DNA of 64,000 nt from an uncultured delta proteobacterium. GTDB lineage: Bacteria; Desulfobacterota; Desulfobulbia; Desulfobulbales; Desulfocapsaceae. Shown here piece by piece: positions 1 to 9,209 of the stretch. A program made the position numbers and the translations under genes. The DNA lies in assembly GCA_963780775.1 (NCBI GenBank), contig CAWADO010000007.1:6601-70600 (forward strand), given 5' to 3'. Within the stretch, counting starts at the first letter, position 1. Each line of letters starts with the position of its first letter. The notes beneath the pieces were generated by a model. The model ran no database searches. It saw only the letters and a program-made list of their open reading frames with translations, and had not been told where the DNA came from.

Positions 1-2925
1 AGCGTTTCCTGCCTGCCATTCAAGTTCACGGCGGGTAAGACTGAGGCCTTTTCGAGACAGGCTCAAAAAATCTGACGCATCAACACGACAATTTTTCAGC
101 TGGACAAAGCCTTTTTCGACAGTGATGTAGCGGGTTGGGTCATCAATTCTTTCCGCCAGGACTTTGCGAAGCCTCGAGATCAGTGTGTAGAACGTTTTGG
201 CCGCTTTGTCGGGCGGGCTCTCGGGCCAGAGTGCCAGTTGTACCTGGTCCTGACTGATGCGTAGTTCAGGAGATGATATCAGCAGCCCGAACAATTCTCT
301 CTGATGGTTACTGAGGTTTCTGAGGCTGATCAGTTTGTCGCCGCCGATGCCGATCGAAAATGTACCCAGAATTCTGATCATCAGCATCGGTACTGTTTCT
401 CCGTCCTCTTCAATGAAATTGTTAAGGCGCCGGCGAGCCAGTCTGCGGGCAAAGTCAGGTTCGATGTTGCGCTTGACCGCTTCACTGAGAATCCGCAGCA
501 TCATGTTCGGTTCCCAGCCCCAGAAGTAGTCGTATCCGGATTCGAGCATCTGCTCCAGCAGCGAGCGCAGCTGGATCTCAGCCTGGGCGTCGTTTCCGCT
601 TTTGAATTCAAGATAGCACAGATAGGCACGGGCGCAGACCTGAATGTAGGGTGAGGGAATCTGCTCACCAATCTCGAGGGCCTGATTAAGGCTGTCTCTG
701 GCTCTATCATCCTGGTCCAGAACGTTCAGCACCGCACCTTTGACGGCCATGTGAAAGCCCAGGAAAAAGGGTCCGCCGGCCCTGCTGCGCATCTCGGTCG
801 CGAGCTCGATATCATCGAGAGCGCGCTCCCTGTCGTTTTTCAGAGCGCGGATGAGTGCCCGCCACTGCAGCAGCTGAGATGTCATATGCTCGCTGGCGGC
901 CGTTTGAGAGATCACCATGCCCCGCTCAACGACATCGTGTGCATCGTCGATCCGGCCATTGCCGATCAGCCCGATTGCTAACCAGACATAGAGATAGGGA
1001 GCGGCGACCGTCTGTTTGACGATTTCCTGGTCGACGCCTTTGAGTACCAGGCTCTTGTGGTACAAAAACGGTTGAAACGCACCGGACATCGATAATTCAC
1101 AGAGCTGCATGATGTGCAGTGTCAGTCGGTTACTCATGCCGACCAATGGGTCGCTGATGAGCCGATATGATTTTTCTATCTCCATTCTGGCCCGCCGGGT
1201 GTCCCCGCTGAGTAGACCGATATAACCGAGAATGAATCTGGAAGCGGCGAGAAAATTCCTGCTGCCGATGCGTTCGGCCATGTCGCAGCTTTTTCTGGCA
1301 TAGTGACGGGCCAGGTCCATTTTACCGTCGAAAAAGCAATAGCCGGCGGCCAGGTTTCTTACCACAATGATCGAAATATCGCGGGGCAGTTGCTTCTCAA
1401 GAGATTCGTACAGTGCTCTGGTGCGGTTCAGCAGCGCAGAGCCTTCGCTGTAGCGTCCGGAAATAACGAAGTGAAAATAGATGATCTGGGACAGCGCCAT
1501 CAATTCCCCGGTCTCTTCACCGCTGTCTGTAAATTTTTCGATGCAGGCCTGGAAATAAGGCAGGGTGGTCTGGGGCTGAAAATCGGTGGTCAGCAGCGCT
1601 TTATAAAAGCTCAGCCAGCCGTACTCCAGCAGTATCTCTTCGTGGATCGTCTGCAGGATCGCCAGTATCGTAACGGTGCGGTTCGCTGAAATAAGTTTGA
1701 GCCCTTCGGTTTTGAGAACCTGCTCCATGGTTTCGTAATCTTTGCCGTTCAACAATGCCTTGAGCGCTTTTTCCACCAGGTTGTGTTGAAGATAATAATC
1801 GGCGGTGCGCCGGTAAATATCGCTGATTTCCTCTTTGCTGAGCTGTTTTCGGCCCCTGGACTGCAGGAACTCCTGAAAAAGATGGTGGAAGCGAAACATT
1901 CGGGAATGCTCATCGAGGCGATAGATGAAAAAGTTCTGGTCGGCCATGATCTCCAGATGGCCTGCGAGGTTATCGATTTCGACCAACTCCCGGGCAAAAT
2001 CGATTGAAATTTCGTCGATGAATGAGAGTTTGATAAAAGCGTCGTGAAGATCGGCCGGCACCTGGGTGAGAATTTCATCCTCGAAAAAATTGAGGATATA
2101 ACTGTCGCTGCCTGAACTGAAGAGATCGGGTCCAGGGGTCGGTACGTCTTTTACATGGGTGGTTCTTCTGGCGTTCAGAAGCGGCTTGGCCGCCATGACG
2201 ATGCCCATGATCCAGCCGTTGGTGACGTTGTGGAGATGTTCGGCATCGTGGCGGCCGATGGTTGTCCCCAGGACATTGTTGCAGAGCGATTCGATATCCT
2301 GGACGCCGAGAGCAAGGTCCTCGCTGTCGAGATAGGTGACGCAGGTCTTTTTTCTGATCGCCCGGGCCTTCAGGGTCAATGGATGCCTGCTGATCAGGAT
2401 AAAGTGCAGGTTCGGAGGAGAGGTGTCGATTATGTGGTCGAGCAGTTGGTTCGTAAGCTGTCCATTGCTGACAAGATGGAGATCGTCGAGCACCAGGAAG
2501 AGGTTTTCATCGACTGCCATGTCGATATCGTTGAGCAGGATATTGGCACATCCCTGCAGGTCCATCGGGCCGATCTGCCCATTTTCTAAAACCGCGTCGA
2601 GCTGCGGGGAGGCAAAGGCGTCGAATCGGCGGGAAAAAGCCAGGTTCAGAGCGGCGAGTAATACCACCGGGTCGCTGTCCTCACTGCCGACCTGATACCA
2701 GATAAAGGGCAGGTCGATGTGCTCCAGGTATTGATGGGCGAGCGTCGTTTTACCTTGACCGGCCTGAGCTTCGATTATAAGGATCTGACCGGTGAATTCA
2801 CTGCTGACCAACCGGTCGGTGATGATGGTATGGCGCTCGAGTGACTGGGTGTGGTTGATGCGGGGCGGATAAAACTTGTTGGCTGCTATCGATTGTTGAA
2901 TTGACACGGGCCGAGGTGTTGTCAT
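1..2925 (-). CDS. MalT-like STAND ATPase with helical/TPR-like repeats and a C-terminal SARP-type (OmpR winged-helix + BTAD) transcriptional regulator domain. The 3' end runs off the window.
   Basis: Translated by hand from the minus strand. The ATG is at 2925..2923 and the frame stays open to position 1 (975 codons), so there is no in-window stop and the ORF track omits it. Walker A is 'IIEAQAGQGKTTLAHQYL' and Walker B is 'NLFLVLDDLHLV'. There is a MalT-like 'FRFHHLFQEFLQSR' segment. The last ~110 aa read 'QRELFGLLISSPELRISQDQVQLALWPESPPDKAAKTFYTLISRLRKVL...VDASDFLSL', which is an OmpR/SARP winged helix followed by the start of a BTAD. The plus-strand ORFs at 304..2695 are shadows. Confidence 0.8.
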   Translation of the reverse strand, partial: MTTPRPVSIQQSIAANKFYPPRINHTQSLERHTIITDRLVSSEFTGQILIIEAQAGQGKTTLAHQYLEHIDLPFIWYQVGSEDSDPVVLLAALNLAFSRRFDAFASPQLDAVLENGQIGPMDLQGCANILLNDIDMAVDENLFLVLDDLHLVSNGQLTNQLLDHIIDTSPPNLHFILISRHPLTLKARAIRKKTCVTYLDSEDLALGVQDIESLCNNVLGTTIGRHDAEHLHNVTNGWIMGIVMAAKPLLNARRTTHVKDVPTPGPDLFSSGSDSYILNFFEDEILTQVPADLHDAFIKLSFIDEISIDFARELVEIDNLAGHLEIMADQNFFIYRLDEHSRMFRFHHLFQEFLQSRGRKQLSKEEISDIYRRTADYYLQHNLVEKALKALLNGKDYETMEQVLKTEGLKLISANRTVTILAILQTIHEEILLEYGWLSFYKALLTTDFQPQTTLPYFQACIEKFTDSGEETGELMALSQIIYFHFVISGRYSEGSALLNRTRALYESLEKQLPRDISIIVVRNLAAGYCFFDGKMDLARHYARKSCDMAERIGSRNFLAASRFILGYIGLLSGDTRRARMEIEKSYRLISDPLVGMSNRLTLHIMQLCELSMSGAFQPFLYHKSLVLKGVDQEIVKQTVAAPYLYVWLAIGLIGNGRIDDAHDVVERGMVISQTAASEHMTSQLLQWRALIRALKNDRERALDDIELATEMRSRAGGPFFLGFHMAVKGAVLNVLDQDDRARDSLNQALEIGEQIPSPYIQVCARAYLCYLEFKSGNDAQAEIQLRSLLEQMLESGYDYFWGWEPNMMLRILSEAVKRNIEPDFARRLARRRLNNFIEEDGETVPMLMIRILGTFSIGIGGDKLISLRNLSNHQRELFGLLISSPELRISQDQVQLALWPESPPDKAAKTFYTLISRLRKVLAERIDDPTRYITVEKGFVQLKNCRVDASDFLSLSRKGLSLTRRELEWQAGNA

Positions 2926-3692
2926 GGCGGTTTGGACTCCCTTGGTAGATTATCCTTTCCAGCCCCCTGAAACCAGAGAAACTGACGACAGATGCCCCTG
3001 ATTATATTCGCCTCTTTTGACGATAATCTTACACGGCCTAAAAATTGTCTGATATTTCTCATCCAGTAATTCTGACTTTTCTCGTCGAGAAAATCAACTT
3101 GCAGCAGCGCCTCCTGCACATGCTGGTACATGCCCTCGAGCTGGCGGGTTGTTGCAAATTCAGGCAGCACCGCCTCGTCCCGCGTCATTTCAATGATCGC
3201 ATAGTAGAGTTCGTAACAGTGAATCGCCACCGCCTGGGCAAGATTGAGTGAAGCAAATTCCGCCGTCGGTATACATGAAGTGTACTGACAGAATTTCAGA
3301 TCGTCATTTGTCAGGCCCCGGTCTTCCGGGCCGAAGAGGAAAGCAATCCGGTTGTTGGCCAGAAGCGGAATGATGTCCCTGATAATGTCCCGGGGCGCCC
3401 GCTCAACCGTTCGTTTCCGGCCAAGCCGGGCGGTGGTGCCGACGACGAAGCCAAACGGTGCCAGGGCGTCTTCCAGTTGCGCATGACGCTCCATTTCATC
3501 GATAAGATGAACCGCTTTGTGGGTGGCCATTTTGGCCATCGACTCACGATCGGGTTCCTGGTCTCTAACCAGAATGAGCGAGCCGATTCCCATATTGAAA
3601 CAGGTACGGGCCGCGGCTCCGATATTTTCCCCATACTTCGGATTTTTCAGAACGACACTGATATTTGCCAGCAATGCGTTTGAATCGATCAT
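2922..3692 (-). CDS. trmJ: tRNA (cytidine/uridine-2'-O)-methyltransferase, SpoU/TrmH family, TrmJ type
   Basis: 256 aa. Motifs 'NIGAAARTCFNMG', 'FLFGPEDRGLTNDDL' and 'SLNLAQAVAIHCYEL', plus a TrmJ-type C-terminal extension ('ANIIRGI', compare E. coli 'LNILRGI'). Its stop overlaps the downstream ATG as ATGA. Confidence 0.85.
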   Translation of the reverse strand: MIDSNALLANISVVLKNPKYGENIGAAARTCFNMGIGSLILVRDQEPDRESMAKMATHKAVHLIDEMERHAQLEDALAPFGFVVGTTARLGRKRTVERAPRDIIRDIIPLLANNRIAFLFGPEDRGLTNDDLKFCQYTSCIPTAEFASLNLAQAVAIHCYELYYAIIEMTRDEAVLPEFATTRQLEGMYQHVQEALLQVDFLDEKSQNYWMRNIRQFLGRVRLSSKEANIIRGICRQFLWFQGAGKDNLPRESKPP

Positions 3693-3782
3693 GATGATAT
3701 GAAAGAAAACGAGGGGTTGTCAGATTTACTGCTGACAACCCCTCATCAGTTGAATGGGAAATACCTGTGGTCAAACAGAGGA

Positions 3783-4301
3783 TCAGTTTTTGGCGCCGGT
3801 GTCCTCCAGAGACAAACGGCTGATTTTTTCGTATTCTTCCGCCTGCTTGTCAGCTGTCGTCGGCATGAGGCGCTTGAGCAGCGGGACAACGCCTTTTTCA
3901 GATTTTTCAAACAGGTTTTCGGCTTCTTTGAGAGTGACCTGCCAGGCCGGTGCAAATCCGGGCGCCTTCTCGAACATGATGTCGAGCGCGGTCTGATAGA
4001 TGAAATACTGACGGATTTCTTTACGGCCGGGCTTCTGGTTGAGCGACTGGACGGTGATTCTCAGATTGTCGCGCTCCTGCTTGAGGCGCTCGAGTTCGGA
4101 CTTGCGGCGTTCGTTCTCACTCGAGTCTATTTCCAGTTTGGTGTGCAAATGAGAGCGCAGCCGGTTGACTTCCTTACTCAATTCGCTGCGTCTGAGGAAG
4201 CCGCGGATATAGATGATGATGCAGAACAGAATACCAAGGGCAAGGCCTTTGGCAAACGGGTTTGAAATGACTGCCATGAACCAGCTGGTGGTTTCTTCCA
4301 T
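3783..4301 (-). CDS. hypothetical membrane-anchored coiled-coil protein
   Basis: 172 aa. GGAGG lies 7 nt upstream of the ATG. One N-terminal TM helix ('GLALGILFCIIIYI') is followed by a heptad-like charged segment ('ERRKSELERLKQERDNLRI'). It has the same orientation as rnr and trmJ. I recognise no family. The competing plus-strand ORF 3699..4265 has no such support. Confidence 0.55.
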   Translation of the reverse strand: MEETTSWFMAVISNPFAKGLALGILFCIIIYIRGFLRRSELSKEVNRLRSHLHTKLEIDSSENERRKSELERLKQERDNLRITVQSLNQKPGRKEIRQYFIYQTALDIMFEKAPGFAPAWQVTLKEAENLFEKSEKGVVPLLKRLMPTTADKQAEEYEKISRLSLEDTGAKN

Positions 4302-4367
4302 TATTGTTCCTCCCCTGTGGGTAATGTACGATGCAGCGATTGGTCGGCACGGATAACAATTCGCTTC

Positions 4368-4395
4368 AGTATGCCAAAATTTGGTACCAAGTCAA
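4368..4395 (-). promoter_or_regulatory. candidate sigma70-type promoter for the 172-aa gene
   Basis: On the minus strand: -35 TTGACT (4395..4390), a 16-nt spacer, then -10 CATACT (4373..4368). Confidence 0.3.
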
Positions 4396-4491
4396 GAAAC
4401 AAAAATCACTGCCGGGCGCTCAGAAAACAAAATTTTCTTTGCATAACTGTCAGTCGTCTGAGTGCGTGCATAATTATGTCAGACGTGCTTT

Positions 4492-6711
4492 TCAACTGGG
4501 CTGCTTTGCGCCAGCATCTTCAGCGCTGAGCGCGAAGAAAATTCTATAGCTGTTCAGGTCAACTTCAGTGAGCCGCACCGTGATGACGTCGCCGATCTGC
4601 AGAACGTTCCCGGTCACATCTCCGATCAGGCGGCGATTCTTCTCATCATAGAGATAATAATCATCCTCGAGGCTGGCCAGCGTAATAGCGCCGCTGACGA
4701 AAATATCGACGAGATCGACAAAGATCAGACTGTCTGAAACAGAAGATATAACCGCCTTGAAACGCTCGCCGATGCGCGGTTCCATGTAGCGACACTTGAG
4801 CCGGTCGGCCATATCGCGCTCAGCGCTCAGCGCATTTCGCTCTCGCTCGGAAAGGTGAGTGCCGGCCTCGTTCAGGGAGCGATACGGTGTGGATATCCCT
4901 CGATCCGTTTTTTTCCTCTTTTCGATCACGTTGATCAGCAGCCGGTGTACGATCAGGTCGGGATAGCGTCTGATCGGTGAGGTAAAATGGGTATAGTCAG
5001 GGGCGCCAAGGCCGAAATGACCGACGTTCTTGTTGCTGTAGCGCGCCTGCTGCAGTGTTCTCAGGAGCTGGTTGTTGACGATAAACTCGCGCGGGCTGTC
5101 CTGCACCTGGGCGATCAACTCGTTGTACCAGTGCGGGGTCGGTTCTTCCCCGGGCAGATCGACCCCGAAAATACGGGAAATATAGATGAAGTCCTTGATC
5201 TTTTCCGGATCGGGCTGTTCATGGATCCGGTAGAGAAAATCGTAGCTGCGTTCGCTGAAGAGCTGAGCAACCGCCTCGTTGGCGGCGAGCATGAACTCCT
5301 CGATGATCTGGTTGGCGAAGTTTCGGTTTTTACGACCGATCGACTCGACGGTGCCTGCATCATCGACGATGATGTCAGGCTCTGACAGGTTAAAAGCGAT
5401 GGAGCCGCGCTCGAGCCGTTTTTTCAGCAGTGTGCGCGCCAGTTCTTCAGCCCATTTCAATGGGGTAAGATATGCTTTGTGAGCGCGCCTCATTTCGGGG
5501 TTTTTGTCGATCAGGATCTGTTTGACCGTAGCATAGGTGAAGCGCTTGCTGCTGCGGATTATCGACCTGACAAATCGTTTCCTGGTGACGTTTCCATCAC
5601 GGTCATAATCAAGAATTGCGGTAACGCAGAGCCGATCCTGATCGGGCATCAGACTGCAGAGATTGTTGGAGAGGTTTTCCGGCAGCATCGGAATTACCGT
5701 GCCGGGAAGATACACTGAAGTCCCGCGCTGGTAAGCCTCCTCGTCTAGTGCGCTGCCGGGCTCGACATAGGCGGAGACATCGGCAATCGAGACATGGAGG
5801 CGGTAGCCGCTGCGTTTTTTTTCGACCGAAACAGCATCGTCAAAGTCTTTTGCATCGGCACCGTCAATAGTATAATGCGAAACGGATCGCAGGTCCGTCC
5901 GGCCATCAGGACCTAGAACTTCTGCAAATCGTCGAGCTTCTTCCAGAGCAGCGTCGCTGAACGCGGTCGGCAACTGGTATTTTTCCGCCACCAGCCGGAG
6001 CTGGACGTCAAGCAGTTCGGGGTTACCCAGGACTTCGATAATTTCACCGGATAGCGAGCGCCTGTCGCCGACATCATCGGGTTTCAGCCTGACGATAACC
6101 GCGTCACCGTTTTTCAGTTTGGCTTTTGGCATAGCCTGGTCGGCCAGCACAATGACAAACGGAAATCTCGAATCTTCCGGTTCAACCAGACGGCGACCGC
6201 GCTCGGCACGAAAAAAACCTGTCAATCTGCTGGAGCCGCGCTCCAGGATGCCGATGACGTCCGCTTCAGGATTTTTACGACGGCTCCGTTTATTTACCAG
6301 AAGCAAAACCCGATCCCCGTGACGGCCGGAAAAAAGTGCTGTACGGTGAATAAACGCATCGTCTATCTCCGCCTTCCTGCCGTCTAATCGCCGCAGGTCG
6401 ACACCAAAACCGAACCCGGCTGCTTTGATCTCAAGCGTTGCGGTGTAAAAAGGTGCCGCCCTGTTCAGGGAAAGTTTGCTTTTAGCCGATTTCTCGATGA
6501 GTCCGCGCTTGACAAGCTGGTCAATCTCGGCGCCGATTTTGTCTCCGCTATTGCCGCTGTCCGGGGAGTTGCTTAACAGAGTCTTTCGGGTCAGCGCTTT
6601 TGACGCCTGATAAAGGGCAATCAAAATATTTCTCGCTCTACTAGACAGGGGGATGTCCGTATCCTCAGTCCGTTTGCGCCTGCGTTTTGAACTGCTTTGC
6701 CTTCTGGCCAT
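4492..6711 (-). CDS. rnr: ribonuclease R
   Basis: 739 aa. RNB catalytic motif 'DGADAKDFDDAVSV', 'HFGLGAPDYTHFTSPIRRYPD', and a C-terminal S1 domain ('GERFKAVISSVSDSLIFVDL'). Confidence 0.95.
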   Translation of the reverse strand: MARRQSSSKRRRKRTEDTDIPLSSRARNILIALYQASKALTRKTLLSNSPDSGNSGDKIGAEIDQLVKRGLIEKSAKSKLSLNRAAPFYTATLEIKAAGFGFGVDLRRLDGRKAEIDDAFIHRTALFSGRHGDRVLLLVNKRSRRKNPEADVIGILERGSSRLTGFFRAERGRRLVEPEDSRFPFVIVLADQAMPKAKLKNGDAVIVRLKPDDVGDRRSLSGEIIEVLGNPELLDVQLRLVAEKYQLPTAFSDAALEEARRFAEVLGPDGRTDLRSVSHYTIDGADAKDFDDAVSVEKKRSGYRLHVSIADVSAYVEPGSALDEEAYQRGTSVYLPGTVIPMLPENLSNNLCSLMPDQDRLCVTAILDYDRDGNVTRKRFVRSIIRSSKRFTYATVKQILIDKNPEMRRAHKAYLTPLKWAEELARTLLKKRLERGSIAFNLSEPDIIVDDAGTVESIGRKNRNFANQIIEEFMLAANEAVAQLFSERSYDFLYRIHEQPDPEKIKDFIYISRIFGVDLPGEEPTPHWYNELIAQVQDSPREFIVNNQLLRTLQQARYSNKNVGHFGLGAPDYTHFTSPIRRYPDLIVHRLLINVIEKRKKTDRGISTPYRSLNEAGTHLSERERNALSAERDMADRLKCRYMEPRIGERFKAVISSVSDSLIFVDLVDIFVSGAITLASLEDDYYLYDEKNRRLIGDVTGNVLQIGDVITVRLTEVDLNSYRIFFALSAEDAGAKQPS

Positions 6712-7037
6712 GGAAGAATAGGTGACTGGTTGAAATGAATTGGGTTCTTATACCAGAAGCGTATACAGGAATTTGCAGAGCACTGTCTGGTGATGCGTCG
6801 ATATCGAGTCGGTCAGCGCGGCTAATCGTAACAGTGGTTCAGCCGATGAGGCTCTCCAGGATTTTCGTCGCGAAACAGCCTCTGATAAACCCGGCTGCAA
6901 GGCTGAAGTCAGTTGATTTTCCTCATAAAAGAGAGTATTGCCTTTCTTGTCCAGCTCCTTAATGTAACATAGATGATCGTTTCTGAACATGAAAAGCACC
7001 AGCCAAGCCGACTGTCGCCCGCTTCCGGAATGCGCCG

Positions 7038-9140
7038 ATGACAAGAATTCCTTTTGATCTGGAGCTCTACCGCAATCAGATGCGGAGCTATATCAGCGGC
7101 CGGCCGTTCGAACAGGTATTCTGGGATGCCCTTGATTTTGCCACCGAGGCCCACGGAGATCAGTGGCGGCGCTCCGGGGACGCCTATATCCTCCATCCCT
7201 GTTCGGTGGCAAAAATCCTGGCCGAGGAGATGGATATCACCGACCCGGAGATCCTGGCCGCTGCTCTTCTCCACGATACCATCGAAGATGTCGAAGAAGT
7301 GACCGCCGCAGTTGTCGGTGAGCGCTTCGGCAGCTATGTCCAGGCTATTGTCGAGGGGTGCACCAAGGTAACGCACCGCTCGGTCGACCGCCAGACCCAG
7401 TCCAAGATCGTTCATCGCAAGATTTTTTCAGGTGCCGCCCTGCGCCCTGAGGTTATGCTGGTGAAGCTGGCCGATCGACTGCACAATCTGCGAACGCTGA
7501 AATCCATGCCAAAAAACAAGCGTCAGCGAATCGCAGCCGAAACGCTCGATATTTATGCACCGCTGGCCACCGTTTTCGGCTTGTTCAGCATGAAACGGGA
7601 GATGTATAACCTGGCACTGTCGTATAAATTCCCCAAACAGGGAACCAAACTCAGTAACTATATCAGGCAGCTGGCCAGCTCGCGGCAGTCTCAGAAAATC
7701 CTCGAGCAGGTCAGAATCGCAGCCAAGGACGCCGAACTCGAATGCGATGTTTCAAGACGGGTCAAAGATCTCTGGGCATACTACGACACCGCCAATAAGA
7801 TTTTACTGCAGCAGATCGAAACGCCGATCGAGATTATCATTCTGGTTTCCTCGGTAGCCGACTGTTATCGCGCCCTTGGCGTCGTCAATCAGACGTTTCG
7901 GCCGATTCCGAGAACCATCAGGGACTTTATCGCCAATCCGAAGCCGACCGGCTATCAGGGGCTGCACGCCCGCGCCATTATCGGCGGTCAGCGTTTTTTG
8001 TTCAAAATCAGAACTGAGCAGATGGCTCGTAAAGCCCAGCGCGGGGTATTCAGCAACTGGAGTTCCAAAAGCGGAAAGCAGGGGAAGTTCATCATCGAAC
8101 TCAAGGAGATGCTCGATATAATCGGCTCTGACGAGACGGTCTCTTACCGGGATCTGATTGCCGCCGGCGGTAACAAGGAGATTTACACCTATACGCCCCA
8201 AGGTGATCTAATTTGTTTGCCGATTAACTCGACCGTTCTCGATTTTGCCTTTCGGGTGCATACCGAAATCGGCCGCACGTGTGTCGGTGCTTCGATCAGA
8301 AACAGAAGGGTCGGCCCCGGCTATAAGCTGCAGGACGGCCAGATGGTCAAAATTGTCAGGGCCAAAGAAAACGTCGCTTTCCCGCAGGAGATGCTGAAGC
8401 GCTGCCAGACGCCCAAGGCCCGGGCCGAGTTGAACAAGAGCTTTCGCTTCAGGGGGCAGAAGGTGGCCTCTCAGATCGGCGAGGCGACGCTGCAGCAGGA
8501 GATGCTGCGCTATGGGCTGCCACGCGACCTGCTTGACAGCGAAGATATGTCCAAAGTCGTCGAATCGTTTTCACTGAAGAGGAAAAGTACCCTCTTCAGC
8601 CGCATCGGATCGGGCAAGATCAGGCTGCCGGAGGTGATCGAAAGTATCAGGCGGCACCTTTTCGGCGGGGCTTCGTTTCTGGTGAAACCGACCGGAGAGT
8701 TCAACAAGATCAAGCTGAACACCTTCGACCCGGTATTTATTAAACTGTCTTCATGCTGCAACCCGAACCCGGCCGAAAAGATGAATTGCGCCCTGCTGAC
8801 GGAAAAAGCTTTGTCCGTGCATCACAAAAACTGTCCCAAGCTTCACGAGATCAAGTTTCAACGCGAAGATGCGGTCGACATCTCCTGGGAGCGTTCCACC
8901 CCGATCGACAAGCAGCAGTCGCTGCTCTTTATCCAGTGTTCCCGGTCAGAAGCTCTGACGGCGGCAGGGTCGGCTCCGGCGCAGATGAAGATGATCGATA
9001 TGCAGCGCCTGGCCGATCACTCAGCCGAGCAGCAGGAGTGGGAGTTGAAATTCGAGGTCAAAGACCTGTATGGGCTGCAGAAAATCCTTCGGCACTTCGA
9101 CAAGACCAACCTCGATTTCGAGTTCCATCTGAATTTCTGA
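7038..9140 (+). CDS. rel: bifunctional (p)ppGpp synthetase/hydrolase, RelA/SpoT family
   Basis: 700 aa. HD hydrolase 'HPCSVAKIL...AALLHDTIEDV', synthetase 'RDFIANPKPTGYQGLH', TGS 'IYTYTPQGDLICLPINSTVLDFAF', and an ACT-like C-terminus. Confidence 0.93.
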   Translation: MTRIPFDLELYRNQMRSYISGRPFEQVFWDALDFATEAHGDQWRRSGDAYILHPCSVAKILAEEMDITDPEILAAALLHDTIEDVEEVTAAVVGERFGSYVQAIVEGCTKVTHRSVDRQTQSKIVHRKIFSGAALRPEVMLVKLADRLHNLRTLKSMPKNKRQRIAAETLDIYAPLATVFGLFSMKREMYNLALSYKFPKQGTKLSNYIRQLASSRQSQKILEQVRIAAKDAELECDVSRRVKDLWAYYDTANKILLQQIETPIEIIILVSSVADCYRALGVVNQTFRPIPRTIRDFIANPKPTGYQGLHARAIIGGQRFLFKIRTEQMARKAQRGVFSNWSSKSGKQGKFIIELKEMLDIIGSDETVSYRDLIAAGGNKEIYTYTPQGDLICLPINSTVLDFAFRVHTEIGRTCVGASIRNRRVGPGYKLQDGQMVKIVRAKENVAFPQEMLKRCQTPKARAELNKSFRFRGQKVASQIGEATLQQEMLRYGLPRDLLDSEDMSKVVESFSLKRKSTLFSRIGSGKIRLPEVIESIRRHLFGGASFLVKPTGEFNKIKLNTFDPVFIKLSSCCNPNPAEKMNCALLTEKALSVHHKNCPKLHEIKFQREDAVDISWERSTPIDKQQSLLFIQCSRSEALTAAGSAPAQMKMIDMQRLADHSAEQQEWELKFEVKDLYGLQKILRHFDKTNLDFEFHLNF

Positions 9141-9209
9141 ACGATCGGCTTCGACACCTTACCCACCGCAATCAGAGTACTTCTCTACCGCCTCCGGCCC
9201 TGTTTGTTT

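Noticed and set aside
6712-7037. The 326-bp divergent intergenic region between rnr and the RelA/SpoT gene, examined for an sRNA, a riboswitch or a small ORF. The track lists ORFs at 6735..6962 (+) and 6748..7044 (-).
   Set aside because: I could identify no conserved RNA motif, no convincing stem-loop plus T-run, and no RBS-preceded ORF. It most simply holds two divergent promoters and leaders. An sRNA cannot be excluded without expression data.
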